From contig NIVC01003658.1 in NCBI GenBank assembly GCA_002269645.1, forward strand, positions 1 to 33,800: a DNA stretch of 33,800 nt, given 5' to 3'. Under the pieces are notes generated by a model, which worked only from the letters and a program-made list of their open reading frames with translations, had not been told where the DNA came from and did no database searches. A program made the translations under genes and the position numbers. The DNA is from Macrostomum lignano (Eukaryota). Shown one piece after another: positions 1-28,446 of the stretch (the first letter of the stretch is position 1; every line of letters starts with the position of its first letter).

Positions 1-2
1 CG

Positions 3-257
3 CGCGACGTAGACCCGCCCGCAGTAACCGGCGTCCGGGCTAATCCAGCGCGCACTCGACGAAGCTCAGTCTCTGAGACTCCACCTCGAGCGACTCGTGC
101 CACTCGTAAAACTACTCAAAGCCAACCAAAGGAACTGGACGACGGCACGGCTCAGCATCCAACTGGTGGGATTGCCAGACTCCCGACGGCGGGGCGCAAG
201 GCGAAGGCAGCAGCCGTACCCCAGTCGCTGGGGAGGAGGGCGGTGCAGCGCGGCTAG
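3..257 (+). CDS. C-terminal part of ORF1 of LINE E1 (basic, low complexity; exact end uncertain)
   Basis: Open frame 3 from the window edge to TAG 255-257, R/K/T/P-rich like the ORF1 C-terminus of E2; directly upstream of ORF2. Confidence 0.45.
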   Translation, partial: RDVDPPAVTGVRANPARTRRSSVSETPPRATRATRKTTQSQPKELDDGTAQHPTGGIARLPTAGRKAKAAAVPQSLGRRAVQRG

Positions 258-374
258 GTGACTCACCTGCCGTGGGTGCGTGTCCGCCTCCAGGCTGAGC
301 CTGAGCCAATGGAAATTGACGACTCACCGATGAGGCTTAGAATCAGTTGCTTTTCTCCTCCCTCGACAGTAGAC

Positions 375-3300
375 ATGACCGTCTCCCAGGGTATTCACTG
401 CTTGCAGGTCAACCTGCAGCACAGCACAGCTTCAGTCAACCTCTTGAAGCACACTGACCAACACGCACCAGGGATTATCCTTATCCAGGAACCTTGGACG
501 CTAAGGGGCAGCCCCCAACAAGTCCCCACCGGCTACCAGTGTCTAACCGCTGGCACCCGGGAGGGAAACCTGGCACCAAGATCCTGCATCATGGTGTCCA
601 GTTCTATTAACGCATGGCTCAGATCGGACCTGTCCACCAGGGACATCTGCGTCATCCAATCCGAAGACATACTCCCTGGGAGGACTACCCTCATCACCTC
701 GGTTTACCTACCGGGCGACGGCGAGATGATCCCAGGAGAGCTTGTCACACTGGTCGAGCTCTGCTCCTCCAGAAATTATGAGCTGCTTGTGGCAGGCGAT
801 ATCAACGCCCACCACACCCACTGGGGCAGTTCTGATATTAACCAGAGAGGTGAAGACTTCCTGGCTTATATAGCTACTACAACCCTTGAGTTCTGTAACT
901 CGGGTAGTACCCCTACCTTCAATAACGGACGCCGATCGGAGGTGCTGGATGCCACCCTCGCCACGCCCAGGCTCTTCCAGAGCACTAGGGAGTGGCAGGT
1001 GCTTCCTGAGGCGTCCCTCTCCGATCACAAGTTCATCTCTTTCACGCTGGCCAGCGCCCGAAACGCAGGCCAGCTTTACTGGAAACGGAATGCTAGGAAT
1101 ACCGATTGGACCGCCTTCAGGCTTGCCGTGGAGGAGACCTATCGTTGCACTAGCACTCCAGTCTCCATCAAAACCTGCGAGGAAGCAGATGAATCTGTGG
1201 CCGTACTTACGGACTCGCTCACTGCTGCCTGCGAAGCCTCATGCCCACTAAAGGCATATAAAGGCAAACAGTCGGCCCCATGGTGGAAGCCGCAGCTTGG
1301 CGACCTCCGTCGCAGAGCCAAAAGGCTTCACCGTAGGGCCCATAAAACTAAAAACCCGGCCGACCAAACCGCCTACCTGAACTCCATCCACGAGTTCAAG
1401 AGGCAGGTTAGGAACGCCAAAACCAACAAGTGGCGCGAATACTGTGAGGAACTTGAGGGCTCCCGCCCCACCTCCAGAATCGTTAAAGCCCTCACTCTGG
1501 ACAAAATGTCCAAACTCTCCTCAGTAAAGAGAGCCAACGGCTCGCTCACTGAGAACCCAGGAGAAACGCTGGAGGCGATGCTAACAGCGTTTTTCCCGAA
1601 CGAGCCAGCCAGGCCCGACCCCCTGATCACTCAGTGGGCGGACACGTACTGGCTGACTCAATCATCACGGAGGACCACGTTACTAAAGCAGTCTCCTCCT
1701 TCAAACCCTTCAAATCCCCAGGACCGGACGGCGTTGTGCCAGCGTTCCTGCGAGAGGCGGTGAAATGCACCGGTTTCCTGCGGAACCTTTGCCGGCTTCT
1801 GAAATTTGCATTGTTCTCGGCTTTGTTCCGAAACCCTGGACCGAGGCCAAGGTGGTTTTTATCCCCAAGGCCGGCCGACTGGACTACCGGTCCATTAAAT
1901 CTTTCAGACCAATTAGCCTCACCTCCACACTGGTAAACCTGTTGGAAAGACTGGTGCTTTGGCGCCTCCTCTCTGTGGAACTGAAGAACACGCCGCTCAG
2001 TGAGAACCAGCACGCCTTCCGGGCAGGCAGGTCCACGGAGAGCGCGCTTCACGTTTTGGTTGACATGCTGGAGAAAGCTGTTCTTGGTAATGGCTACGCT
2101 CTCGCTGTCTTCCTCGACATTGTTGGAGCCTTCGATAATGTCCTCTTTAAGGCTTTTCACAGAGCTCTACGTGCTAGAGGAACCCACTCGCACCTCACCT
2201 GGTGGATCATGTATATGATCAACCACCGTACTGCCATCGCACACCTGTTGGGCCACCAACGGACGGTAACTGCAGCAAAGGCAGCCCCCAGGGTGGTGTC
2301 CTCTCTCCAGTTCTCTGGAACATGGTGATCAATGAGCTCCTCTAGGACAGCCATCTTGACCCCATCCTTACGGTCGGTTATGCCGATGATGTCAGCCGTG
2401 GCATCCGGACCGTCACCTGAAACCCTTAGGGATCTTCTGCAAAACTTTATTCGCTCTGCTGAACAATGGGCGGACAGGTGCGGTCTCAGGCTCACCGAGA
2501 CCAAAACTGTCGCGATCATGTTCACCAGCAGGGTTAATTGGCGCATTCGCCCACTGAAGCTTTACGGGGTGGAAACCCCATCCTGAAGCAAACCAAGTGT
2601 CTCGGCGTTACGCTGGACCACCGGCTGAGCTGGTTCACCCACGTTTAGGCCAAAACCAAAAAAGCCCTCGCGATTCTTGCGCAACTGCGCAGAGCCGTTG
2701 GCACCACCTGGGGCCTCACCCCAAAGCGGCTCTGGTGAATCTATACCGCAATGTTCCGGCCGGCCGTCACTTACGATTAAAACCTGCCACGAAGCCCTTA
2801 AAAAGGTGCAGGGACGCGCGTGCCGCATTATCTTGAATGCCCCGCTCTCTGCTCCCTTTGTCGGCCTAAAACCACCCGCCGGCTCATCGAGGCTGGCGTT
2901 AGCTTCAAGCCACAAAGAGCGATGGCGAAGCGCAAGCTTCTGCCGCACTCTGACCTGTGCCTTAAAGTTCTGGAGGAGAGTGGGAGTGCGGCTGTCATTT
3001 CGGACGCTGTGCCGCGCTCCCTCAATCTCTACCAACGCTTCAAGGTCACAATCCCCTCTAGGGAGAACGCCAACGACAGCTGGGCCCCTCAGGAGGTTTA
3101 CTGCTTTACTGACGGATCCTCCAAAGACGGTTTATCCGGCTTTGGAGTCTGCATCCTTATCAATGGCCGCGTGATCGTCACTCACGCCCAACACACTGGT
3201 AGACTCTCCAGCGTCTTCCAGAACGAAGTCCTTGCCATCAGCTCCTGTGCAGCTGAGCTCCACTGCAGGGACTTCAAAGACAGAAGAATCTTCTTCCACT

Positions 3301-3989
3301 CTGACAGCCAGGCCGCTTTGCAGGCCGTGTCACACCAATACGAACTCCCGAACAGTCCTCGACTGTATCGGGCAGCTCAACAAGCTGGCTCGGAGCAACA
3401 ACGTCCGGCTTACGTGGATCCCAGGACACGCCGGCTTCAAAGGTAACGAGCTCGCCGACTCCCTCGCTAAGGCGGGTTGTTCCGGATCGCTCCTTGGCCC
3501 CGTGCCCCTGGCCCCCATCCCCGCCACAGTCATTAACCGTCAGATTAACGACTGGGCGGACATCCTGCACTTGCGCAGATGGGATGGTATTTCCAACTGC
3601 CGCCAATCCCGTGCAATCCCGTCCCGCCCAATCCGCCCCTCAAGCTGCGGAGAATCCTTTTAATCCAAAATCGAAAAGATATCCGCGCTCTCAATATGAC
3701 CTTCACAGGTCACGGTTGCTTTGCCAGGCACTGTTTCCTCCGAAGTGTTCGCCGGAGCGAACTCTGCCCTTTCTGCAACCTCGAGAGCGAAGACGCCAAG
3801 CACTTCGTCTGCTACTGCCCGGCCTTCAACGGAGACCGGCTCAACCACCTCAGGCCCAACCCGTCCCTGGACGACGCTTGCCGGCCCGAGAACATCCCAC
3901 GGCTCATCCGGTTCCTCCGGGCCACCAAGCGAGCCTCCGTCTTCCCCACCGAAGACAACGCTGCTGACAGGACCGGCAGACCTCTCTGA
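375..3989 (+). pseudogene. ORF2 (pol) of LINE E1, broken by several frameshifts and stops
   Basis: Domains are spread over ORFs 258-1763, 1634-1936, 1765-2328, 2332-2586, 2820-3446, 3232-3663 and 3579-3989; ATG at 375 precedes the first APE strand; stop TGA at 3987-3989. Confidence 0.9.
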
Positions 3990-4029
3990 CCGGCCCCGCG
4001 CCCTAGCCTATGCGGGCCTTTCTGGGATT

Positions 4030-4074
4030 AGCGGAATGGGCGACGCTCGCCTCCCCGCTGCGTCTTCGGACCGC
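4030..4074 (+). other. Structured 3'UTR motif of LINE E1 (two hairpins)
   Basis: AGCGG-aatg-GGCGA(cgc)TCGCC-tcc-CCGCT followed by GTC(TTCG)GAC; the first hairpin is conserved with a compensatory change in E2. Confidence 0.7.
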
Positions 4075-4102
4075 CCTGCAGCTAAGTCAAAGTAAGTCAA
4101 AG

Positions 4103-4985
4103 TTCCCTGGATTATCTGTCGACGTGCCGTCGGTGCGTTTAACCGAGGAAAGCTTAGACAGTTTGTCCAGCGTAAGCGCTTTCACAATTCTGAAGGTGGG
4201 GCGTGAGCTCTCTAGCTCCGTGCAGTATTGACGCCATTTCTGAGCTTTCGCGTTCCTAACCTGCCTTTTAAACTTATGAATTGCTTCATGATAGGCGGTT
4301 TGGTCCTATGGGCTCTTGGTTTTAGTTGCTCTGTGGTGGAGTCTCTTAGCTCTGCGACGGAGGTTGCCGAGCTCGGGATTCCACCATGGCGCAAATGTTT
4401 GTCCTTTATGGGCTTTTAAATGGCAGGATGTCTCAAAGGCGGCGGTTAGCGTTTCTTTCAGCACAGTGGTGCACTCATCCGATTCTTGGCATGACGTGAT
4501 CGTTGATAGTTGGCAGGAAAACCGATGGAACTCCCTTAGGGCTAGCCCGACGGTTTCCCAATCAGTGTTTCTGGCTTTCCGTCTCCACGTAACGCGATTT
4601 GCGCTGCGCGTGGCCATCAGGTTAAAGGAAATGAACTTGTGACGAAGGGGATGATGCCGAAAGCACCCGCAACGCCATAGTGCTTTGACAGTGGCATCGA
4701 TCACTTCCGACCACCGTCCGTTGTCAAAAGTAGGGGTGGACCCAGAGTTACAGAACTCGAAGGTCGTGGCGGCAACGTAGGCTAACAGTTCTTTGCCTTT
4801 TTGATTAATCCCTTGCGTGTCTCGGTGCCGTCACTACCAGCCCCTCCGCCTTGTTGGTCAGGTCGATGCAGGTGACATCAGCCTTCTGGTGAGTGATAGC
4901 CTCGAATAAGTCAGTCAGCACCTCCCCTGGCCCTCTGGCTGTTGGAGAGGAGCGCGAGAAGTGCGGACCCGCCCAAGATGCGCTA
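4103..4985 (-). mobile_element. Fragment E3 of the same LINE family (APE C-terminus/linker, possibly joined to an ORF1 piece), antisense to E1
   Basis: Minus strand reads INQKGKELLAYVAATTFEFCNSGSTPTFDNGRWSEVIDAT, APWWNPELGNLRRRAKRLH and WRQYCTELESSRPTFRIVKALTLDKLSKLSSVKR, homologous to E1 and E2. 4810-4985 may be ORF1-derived (weak). Confidence 0.85.
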
Positions 4986-4986
4986 A

Positions 4987-5606
4987 GAGTTGAGCTGTAG
5001 AGAGAGCTTTCCTTATCTGGCCTTCATTCTCTGGTCTTGGGACGCAGGCAGTTTGCAGCTTGCCATTCAGAGCGGGGCTTTGGCTCCTTGGGGTCTCAAA
5101 AGTTTGCTTCACTCCCTTCCCTACCTTTACCAACCCCGCCATCCAGCTTTTCTGCGCCATGAACCATTGGCATATGCAAAAGCCCCCGGCCCGACTTTCC
5201 AAGCCCCGGCTGTCGACACCAACACCCCGCATTCCCCTTGCTCCACTCTGCCCCAGTGTCCCAGCAACAATACAGCCAGAGTTTGTCTCAAAACTTAACC
5301 CCCACAAGTCCATAAAGACGCTTTGGATCTTTTTGGCAATTCCTTTTGGGAAGCCAGAGTTAAAAAACAAAATTGAAAAAACGGCTAAAACAATGATGAG
5401 CTCAAGCTTGAAATGCAGGCCTAACCGTCAGCGTTGCTGATTGGCTGATTGTCTCGCATTGCTGCTGTTTGAAACGCTGCTAAAACTCAAATAGCTGCAT
5501 CCTGCCAGAACACAGGAGGAGCCACAGCCTCTCTAAGCCAAAAGAGAAAAAAATCTTTTGAGACGAGAGGGTTAATTTTTCAACTTTTTTTCAACTACAA
5601 GCGGGC
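4987..5606 (+). promoter_or_regulatory. Conserved upstream/promoter region of nAChR copy A
   Basis: Aligns closely with 23441-24067 upstream of copy B; contains inverted CCAAT (ATTGG 5440-5444) and a pyrimidine tract ending in AG at 5600-5601, just before the ATG. Confidence 0.55.
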
Positions 5607-21799
<16,193 letters not shown>

Positions 21800-23440
21800 C
21801 AGAGAGATCTGACCGAGTATTCCGCCAGATTTAAAGTAGAAATGCCACAAAAACTGTTTGCAGTCAGTTTTTTGAACGCTCGAATGGACCTGAGCAGGCT
21901 CAAAATTGCACCCAATATTATGCTATTCCCGTTGTAAAATAGGAAGCCAATTTGCTCAGAAGTACCAGTTATCTGAGTTCGACTCCCGACTTCATATTAC
22001 TTATTGTCAGATTTATCCATATAATCTGACAAAATTCGTATCATTTCTGAATATTTACTCCACGTATTTTGCGTTTTGTTGCCCCAATTGGGCCGTTTTA
22101 CTTTCCTATTGTGTGCACGATCTATTTAGAGCGTATAGTAATTGTACGATCGATAATTTAGGCCTTTCCGTGCGCGTGGCGCACGAAGAGGTCCAGTTTA
22201 TCACTTTAAATATATAGTCTGGCCCTCGCCTTGGTTTATTACCCTTTCTATTCACTTTCTCACCGCCGACTTTTACGACCGCGTGTTTCTAAAATACTCG
22301 TAGCTTCAAGTGTTAGTTCAGTTAATTATTTGTCCCACCAGCAATCGAACACTTATAATACTTTGGGGCTTATGCATGAAGTTGGTTTTGGACTTGTTGT
22401 TTAGTCCACACCCATTAGGGCCAACCCTCAGTGTGTGTGTGTGCGCGCGTGTGTGCACATGTTCCAGCTCAGGGCTTAGTGGAATGGACACAACCTTCTC
22501 AACGGCTGCGGGTGGACTTGTCGTGTTGATTTCCGGGATAAATGGTATGTCTCAGTACAGACATAGGATGGTTTTCCTTTGTCGTGTACTTTTGCATGCC
22601 TGCTCCGTTTGAGTTCAGCAAATTTGAGCATAATCTGCTACTAGAGAGTACTCTTAGAATTCGCTGTTCGCGAAAGCTGCATATTTTATAGAACTGACCG
22701 GCATTCTGCTTTGCTATTCTCACACTGAGTTTATTCTTGTCCATTGTATTTCAGCAACACAACTCTATATTCGTGACTTCATATTCTACTACTATGAGTA
22801 GCACTTTGAGTGTGTGGTAAATTTTGTTATAATTTGTGCGTTCAAATTTAACAGAAATTTTTGTTGTGAGTAGTATGCATAGTAGTATCTTTTTTCGTTT
22901 TAGAAGCTGTTTTGATAAAGTCGATAACATTTTTTATTCTACGAAAGTTTACCCGATAGCATTCCTCTGCGCCCTACTTGAAAAAATGACAAGTCCAAAA
23001 GCAGGTAAGTTGAAGTTTTTTATGATGAAAGATATGTTTGTGTAATGCATGTATCTTACAATTACAATGCAGGTTGCTTCTTATTCATCTGTTATTATTC
23101 TGCAAATAATTGCATTGCTTCATTATTTTGTTAAAAAGCAATACTTGTGATTTCCTTGTTTGTACTTTCTGTACCTCTGATTTACCTATGACCGACTGTT
23201 TGTTTTTCCTTTCAAGGATAATTACCAGTCTGAATGCAGTCTGAATGCAAATAGAGAGATATTGCTGTGGCACCCTGAGACAAGTCTGCGTCTTTTATAT
23301 TTGGAGAGCTGCTTTTGTTTTACTGATTCCGCAGTGCTGGAGCTACTCTCCTCTCTGTGTGTTCAAGTACATCTTTCCAATGCCAGCTTCATCAGTTGGT
23401 GCATCCGCATTGCCAAGAGTTCAAGAGACACTCGCTCACG

Positions 23441-24067
23441 GAGTTGAGTTGTAGAAAGAGCTTTCAGTATATTGGCCTTCATTCTCTGGTCTGGGGACGC
23501 AGGCAGTTGGCAGCTTGCCATACAGAGTGGGGGCTCCTTGGGGTCTCAAAAGTTTGCTTCACTCCCTTCCCTAACCCTACCAACCCCGCCACCCAGCTTT
23601 TCTCCGCCATGAACCATTGGCATATGCGTAGACGGCTACGCCCCTCCCCTACTATCCAAGCCCCGGCTGTCGACACCAGTACCCCGCATTCCCCTTGCTC
23701 CACCCTATCCCAGTGTCCCAGCTACAATAAAGGCAGAGTTTGTCTCCAAACGGAACCCCCACAAGTCCAAAAAGACGCTTTGGATATTTTTGGCAATTCC
23801 TACACTTGCTGGAAGGCAGAGTAAAAAAACAAAATTGAACAAAACGGCTAGAGCAATAATACTCGTAAGCTCAAGCTTGAAATGCTGGTCGCTGATTGGC
23901 TGATTGTCTCGCATTGCTGCTGTTTGAAACGCTGCTAAAACTCAAATAGCTGCATCCTGCCAGAAGCGGATAACACAGGAGGAGCCACAGCCTCTCTAAG
24001 CCAAAAGAGAAAAAATTTTTGAGACGAGAGGGTTAATTTTTCAACTTTTTTTCAACTACAAGCGGGC
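23441..24067 (+). promoter_or_regulatory. Conserved upstream/promoter region of nAChR copy B
   Basis: Paralogous to 4987-5606; ATTGG at 23895-23899; identical pyrimidine tract ending in AG at 24061-24062. Confidence 0.55.
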
Positions 24068-24282
24068 ATGCGGTTGAATACTGCGCTGTTCTCCGCATTG
24101 CTGAGCACCCTGCTGCTGCAGCTGCTGCCACCAGCGTTGATGCAGAGCGTGCACGAATCCAGCTCCGCCGACTTGCTGTTCTCCAAGATTTACGACGCTC
24201 ATCTCTCGATGATCCTCCGCCTAAAGTGAACGGTACATTTAATTTCACCTTTGACATGGCCATTGCGCAGCTATTGGAGCTC
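24068..24282 (+). CDS. nAChR B exon 1 (215 nt, 1-nt deletion)
   Basis: Near-identical to A exon 1; shifted frame hits TGA at 24227-24229. Confidence 0.8.
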
Positions 24283-27200
24283 GTGAGTTCACTGACTCTG
24301 ATTGCTACTCTGCCGTTTCGCTATACGACCGCTACTTTATACGTTGATTCGCTCACTTAGCGAAAAAATGATACTAATACTAAACAAAAAATAACTAATA
24401 ATAAAAATTAGTCGACGAATTGTTTCTTTGTAAATTTTTCCTCTGTTTCAAGCCGAAAGAAGTAAATGTTCTTCTCTTTGATGGGATCGATACTGCAGGC
24501 ACGTGATATTTTCAAATCGAGTGCAAGATTGGGTGCGCCTCCACTGCGGGTTGAAAGCGTCCCAGCAATTTTACAGAATAAGAAAGGATATTTTTAATGG
24601 AAATGTATATTTCTTGAATCATTATTGACTTTTTTACCCTGACTATTGCCTGATTGGCAGGCGAGAGTAATGCAAATAAGATCAGAGGTTTATCCTGTTG
24701 TTTAACCGGTAATGCTCTAGAGTTTAATGAACTCATGCTATCATTAGTTACAGACAACTTTATTACAGAGTTAATTAGTTACAGACAGCATTGCTACAAC
24801 GTTATCCTTCACTTGCTTCAGGACGAACTCAAGCAGACAGTTTCCATGCTCACCTGGAGGAGAATGGTGAGTGTATTGACTGCCTTAAACACCTGTTGCC
24901 TGATTACGGCAGTACTCAAGTTGATTTGATTTTGCAGTCCTGGTACGACACCAGACTATCATGGCGGGGTCGCGTCTTCGATGGCAACCTGAGCTTCAAC
25001 TCTATCGGCAGCATCAAGATTCCAAACAGCCAGATCTGGAAGCCGGACTTGGTCGTGTACAATGAGTGAGTCGAAATGCTTGTTTGATCTTCCATTTAGA
25101 ATTTAGATGTCAATCAAAACTAATGAAATCACCAAACCGTCCACCCTCCGCAGTGTGAGAAAAACGGAGCTCGACTGGTCCCTCTACTACGCGTCAATTC
25201 AATCAGACGGCCTCGTTCGACTCAACACCCCCCAGCTGATGAAGCTGTCCTGCCCAATCAATGTCCAACTGTTTCCTTACGATAAGCAGGTGTGCAGGAT
25301 GAAGATCGGCAGCTGGACAATGGATGGTTTTGAGCTCAACTTGCTCAACGCGAGCACGCACGCTGATCTGTCCTCGATGGCGGAGGACAACGAGTTCTGC
25401 CTCGTCAAGGCGCCGCTGGAGCGAAACGTGATAAAGTACGCGTGCTGCGATGCGCCTTACCCGGACATTACGTACAGCATTTTGCTGCAGGTAAATGCGG
25501 CTTGTCAACCGGGCACGTTTTGGAGCTGTTCGGTGCACTTTCTATGCTAGGGTTGAGCATAGCGATTACAGAGCGCACATGTAGCTCGCATGTGCTGATT
25601 GGTTGGCTAAAATTCAAGCATGCGTGCGTACGGGAACATTTCCTGGTTTGTCACCCTGTGATTCTGTGGAAATATTTTTCATTTCGCTGTCACTGTTGCT
25701 TAGAGCTGGCTTAGCTGCAAATATCGACATTCTACTTGTGAATTAAATTAGGGGTTTTTCTGTGTTTCGCTCAAGTTTAGATGGAAAACAGCACTGCAGT
25801 CTGCCAGACTAAGGTTGAGAAACGAAATTACTCGCAGCTAGCAAAAATTTCAAAAAACTCCCATTCTAAAATCTCCTACCGTTAGAGAAAACGATGCTGA
25901 AAAATACCCTTGAGCTTCGAGAGCATGTTTGCCCTGTCTTTTTCTTGAGTTTGGAGAGCGATGCGTGATAATGAGACATAATGGAGAGCAAATACGCTCG
26001 GTGAGGGCCAAACCTGGAACCAGTTCTACCAAGCTTACTCAGCCGAGTTCCTGCATTTAATTCCGGGTACAGGCTGTAGCTAGAATGGCATACAAGCTGC
26101 CTGCGCAAGGCTGCAAGATATGGCGATAAAAGATCTTGGGATTAATTTATTTAGTCGATTGCTCAGGCTTTAAGGTGTGTGAAGGGAACCTACTCATAAA
26201 TGCTTTTTTTCATTCTTTGCATGCAGGCAGTGGAACGAGGACGCAGCTGTGGCGTAGACCAGTTTCTGCTGTAGGGGCTGTGGCAGAGGCAGAGAGCCAG
26301 CAGAAAAATGAGGGATTAAATGGCTCTGGAATTGACTGTTGATTGCTTTGGGCACCGGCACTAAAACTTCGAGTGAGAGCTCAGCTCAATCCCAAGCAAG
26401 CGGGAACACACTGCTGTCCAAGGCAGAAGCAGAAAAATGCACCCCTAATATCACATGAAGGCTTTTAGGCTGATTGTTGCGATAATTTTAGCCCCGGTGT
26501 ATGACTGACGCTCATTGATCAAATTGAAAATATTCTGCCACTTTGCCTCTACTATTTAATGCTTTACTCTGCTCCTCCTATCGCATATACATGTATTAAC
26601 TGGGCATTCGCTGCTCGTCTAATTGCCTGTGATCTTAACTTGGCATCTTTTCTACCGGTATTATCCGAGGGGGTTCCGATAATAGCAGGAAAATAACAGT
26701 CGATGAACCGACAGAGTTCAAGTCCAGAAATTAATGTATCTGGCATCACTGAATGAAGCGGCACCAAGCCGAGGTCAATCAGTCAAACAGTCAGTAATGC
26801 AGCATCGCCATCAACTGATGAATTCTTTGACGAATTGACGCGAGTTTGAAGCTTGGTAAGGAAAATCTTTCACATTTGCAACAGGGTGTCCATAGTCGCC
26901 TGGTGTCACCCGTTGAAGTAGCCGACAGCGTCTCAGAGATATTAAGAGACTAACTGAGTATGCCTAGCAGTTGAGGCTTGCCCACTGCGGAGGCTCAGAG
27001 ACATCAGAGACATCAGAGACATCAGAGACATCAGAGACATCAGAGACATCAGAGACATCAGAGACATCAGAGACATCAGAGACATCAGAGACATCAGAGA
27101 CATCAGAGACATCAGAGACATCAGAGACATCAGAGACATCAGAGACATCAGAGACATCAGAGACATCAGAGACATCAGAGACATCAGAGACATCAGAGAC

Positions 27201-28408
27201 ATCAGAGACATCAGAGACATCAGAGACATCAGAGACATCAGAGACATCAGAGACATCAGAGACATCATAGACATCAGAGACATCAGAGACATCAGAGACA
27301 TCAGAGACATCAGACATCAGAGACATCAGAGACATCAGAGACATCATAGACATCAGAGACATCAGAGACATCAGAGACATCATAGACACCAGAGACATCA
27401 GAGACATCAGAGACACCAGAGACACCAGAGACATCAGAGACACCAGAGACATCAGAGACACCAGAGACATCAGAGACACCAGAGACATCAGAGACACCAG
27501 AGACATCAGAGACACCAGAGACATCAGAGACACCAGAGACATCAGAGACACCAGAGACATCAGAGACACCAGAGACATCAGAGACACCAGAGACACCAGA
27601 GACACCAGAGACACCAGAGACACCAGAGACACCAGAGACACCAGAGACACCAGAGACACCAGAGACACCAGAGACATCAGAGACATCAGAATGCCCAGAA
27701 GCTCCGCTTCGGTGAAGTCCAGCGACCAACGAAGTCAGAACTGATGCAGACACGTGTGGTCGACATGCTGTTGAAATTGAAGGCTCGACAAAGCGGCACT
27801 GAGGCGCAGTGCTGATTGGCGCACAGGAGTGTATTGAATAATACATTGGGTCTGATGGCCAGTGATGGGAAAGAACCCGACCTGCTGGCAGAATTCCTGA
27901 ATATCTCGACGGTTCAGTAAGCTGGAGACTTGATCATTATTTTAAGAAGGTGCACAATAAAGAAGTTGGTCCGTGTTCTGGAACTTCGTGTGCCTGCGTT
28001 GCTCTGTTATGGATTGTAGAGTCAGTCTCCTTTTGGTAGTTTGACTGGCAGATAGTGGCGTCAAGGCGCCAAAATATAGCGCAAATGATTGCCTGCGGCG
28101 CCAAAGTGTCTCCAGTGCCAAAATAGTGCCTGCCTACGGCGCCACAAATGAGTTTGGCAGAGTAAACAGCTCGCTTCTGCACCCAGAGCTACTGCAGATC
28201 AGACAGTTGGGTAGTTCGTGTCAAGCACGTCTGCAGAACATAGTAGTGCAAGAACAGGTGGGTTCCACTTGTTTGCTTGTAGACAATCTGGGATTGAGAA
28301 CAAGTTGCAGCACAAGCAGCTATCCGAGACAGCGAGACAGTTCCACATCAAATGCGTTCAGAGAGGGGAGAGGAAAACAGAGAGAGAGAGAGAGAGAAAG
28401 AAAGAGAT

Positions 28409-28446
<38 letters not shown>

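Larger units (their letters stand above)
1..4102 (+). mobile_element. Non-LTR retrotransposon E1 (APE-RT-RNase H-CCHC; I/R1/LOA-superfamily-like), 5' end outside the window
   Basis: APE motifs (LQVNLQHS, IILIQEPW, AGDINAHHTHWGS, SDHKFI); RT motifs (KSPGPDG, FRPISL, FLDIVGAFD, YADD at 2379-2390); RNase H ([36 protein letters not shown]); C-terminal CPFC-x7-H-x4-C; 3' tail (TAAGTCAAAG)x2 at 4083-4102. Confidence 0.95.

Noticed and set aside
4030-4090. 3'UTR words GCGRAAUGGG and GCCUCCYCGCU resemble HDV ribozyme J4/2-P2 and P3-L3 (also at 11700-11764)
   Set aside because: The order is reversed relative to HDV, and I could not form P3, P1 and P2 together; a simple covarying stem-loop explains the conservation.
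4915-5440. ORFs in the duplicated upstream block (also 23357-23824)
   Set aside because: Frames differ between the copies, there are stop and indel differences, no synonymous bias and no recognisable domain; treated as conserved non-coding sequence.
26942-27846. Long ORFs (SETSET, HQRHQR, MSLMSL, SDVSDV)
   Set aside because: By-products of a 9-bp repeat that lacks stop codons in most frames.
27860-28150. CAGTGATGGG start and repeated GGCGCCAAA motifs suggesting a DNA transposon end (similarly CAGGGGTGCC at 20762)
   Set aside because: No partner TIR, TSD or coding remnant was found.
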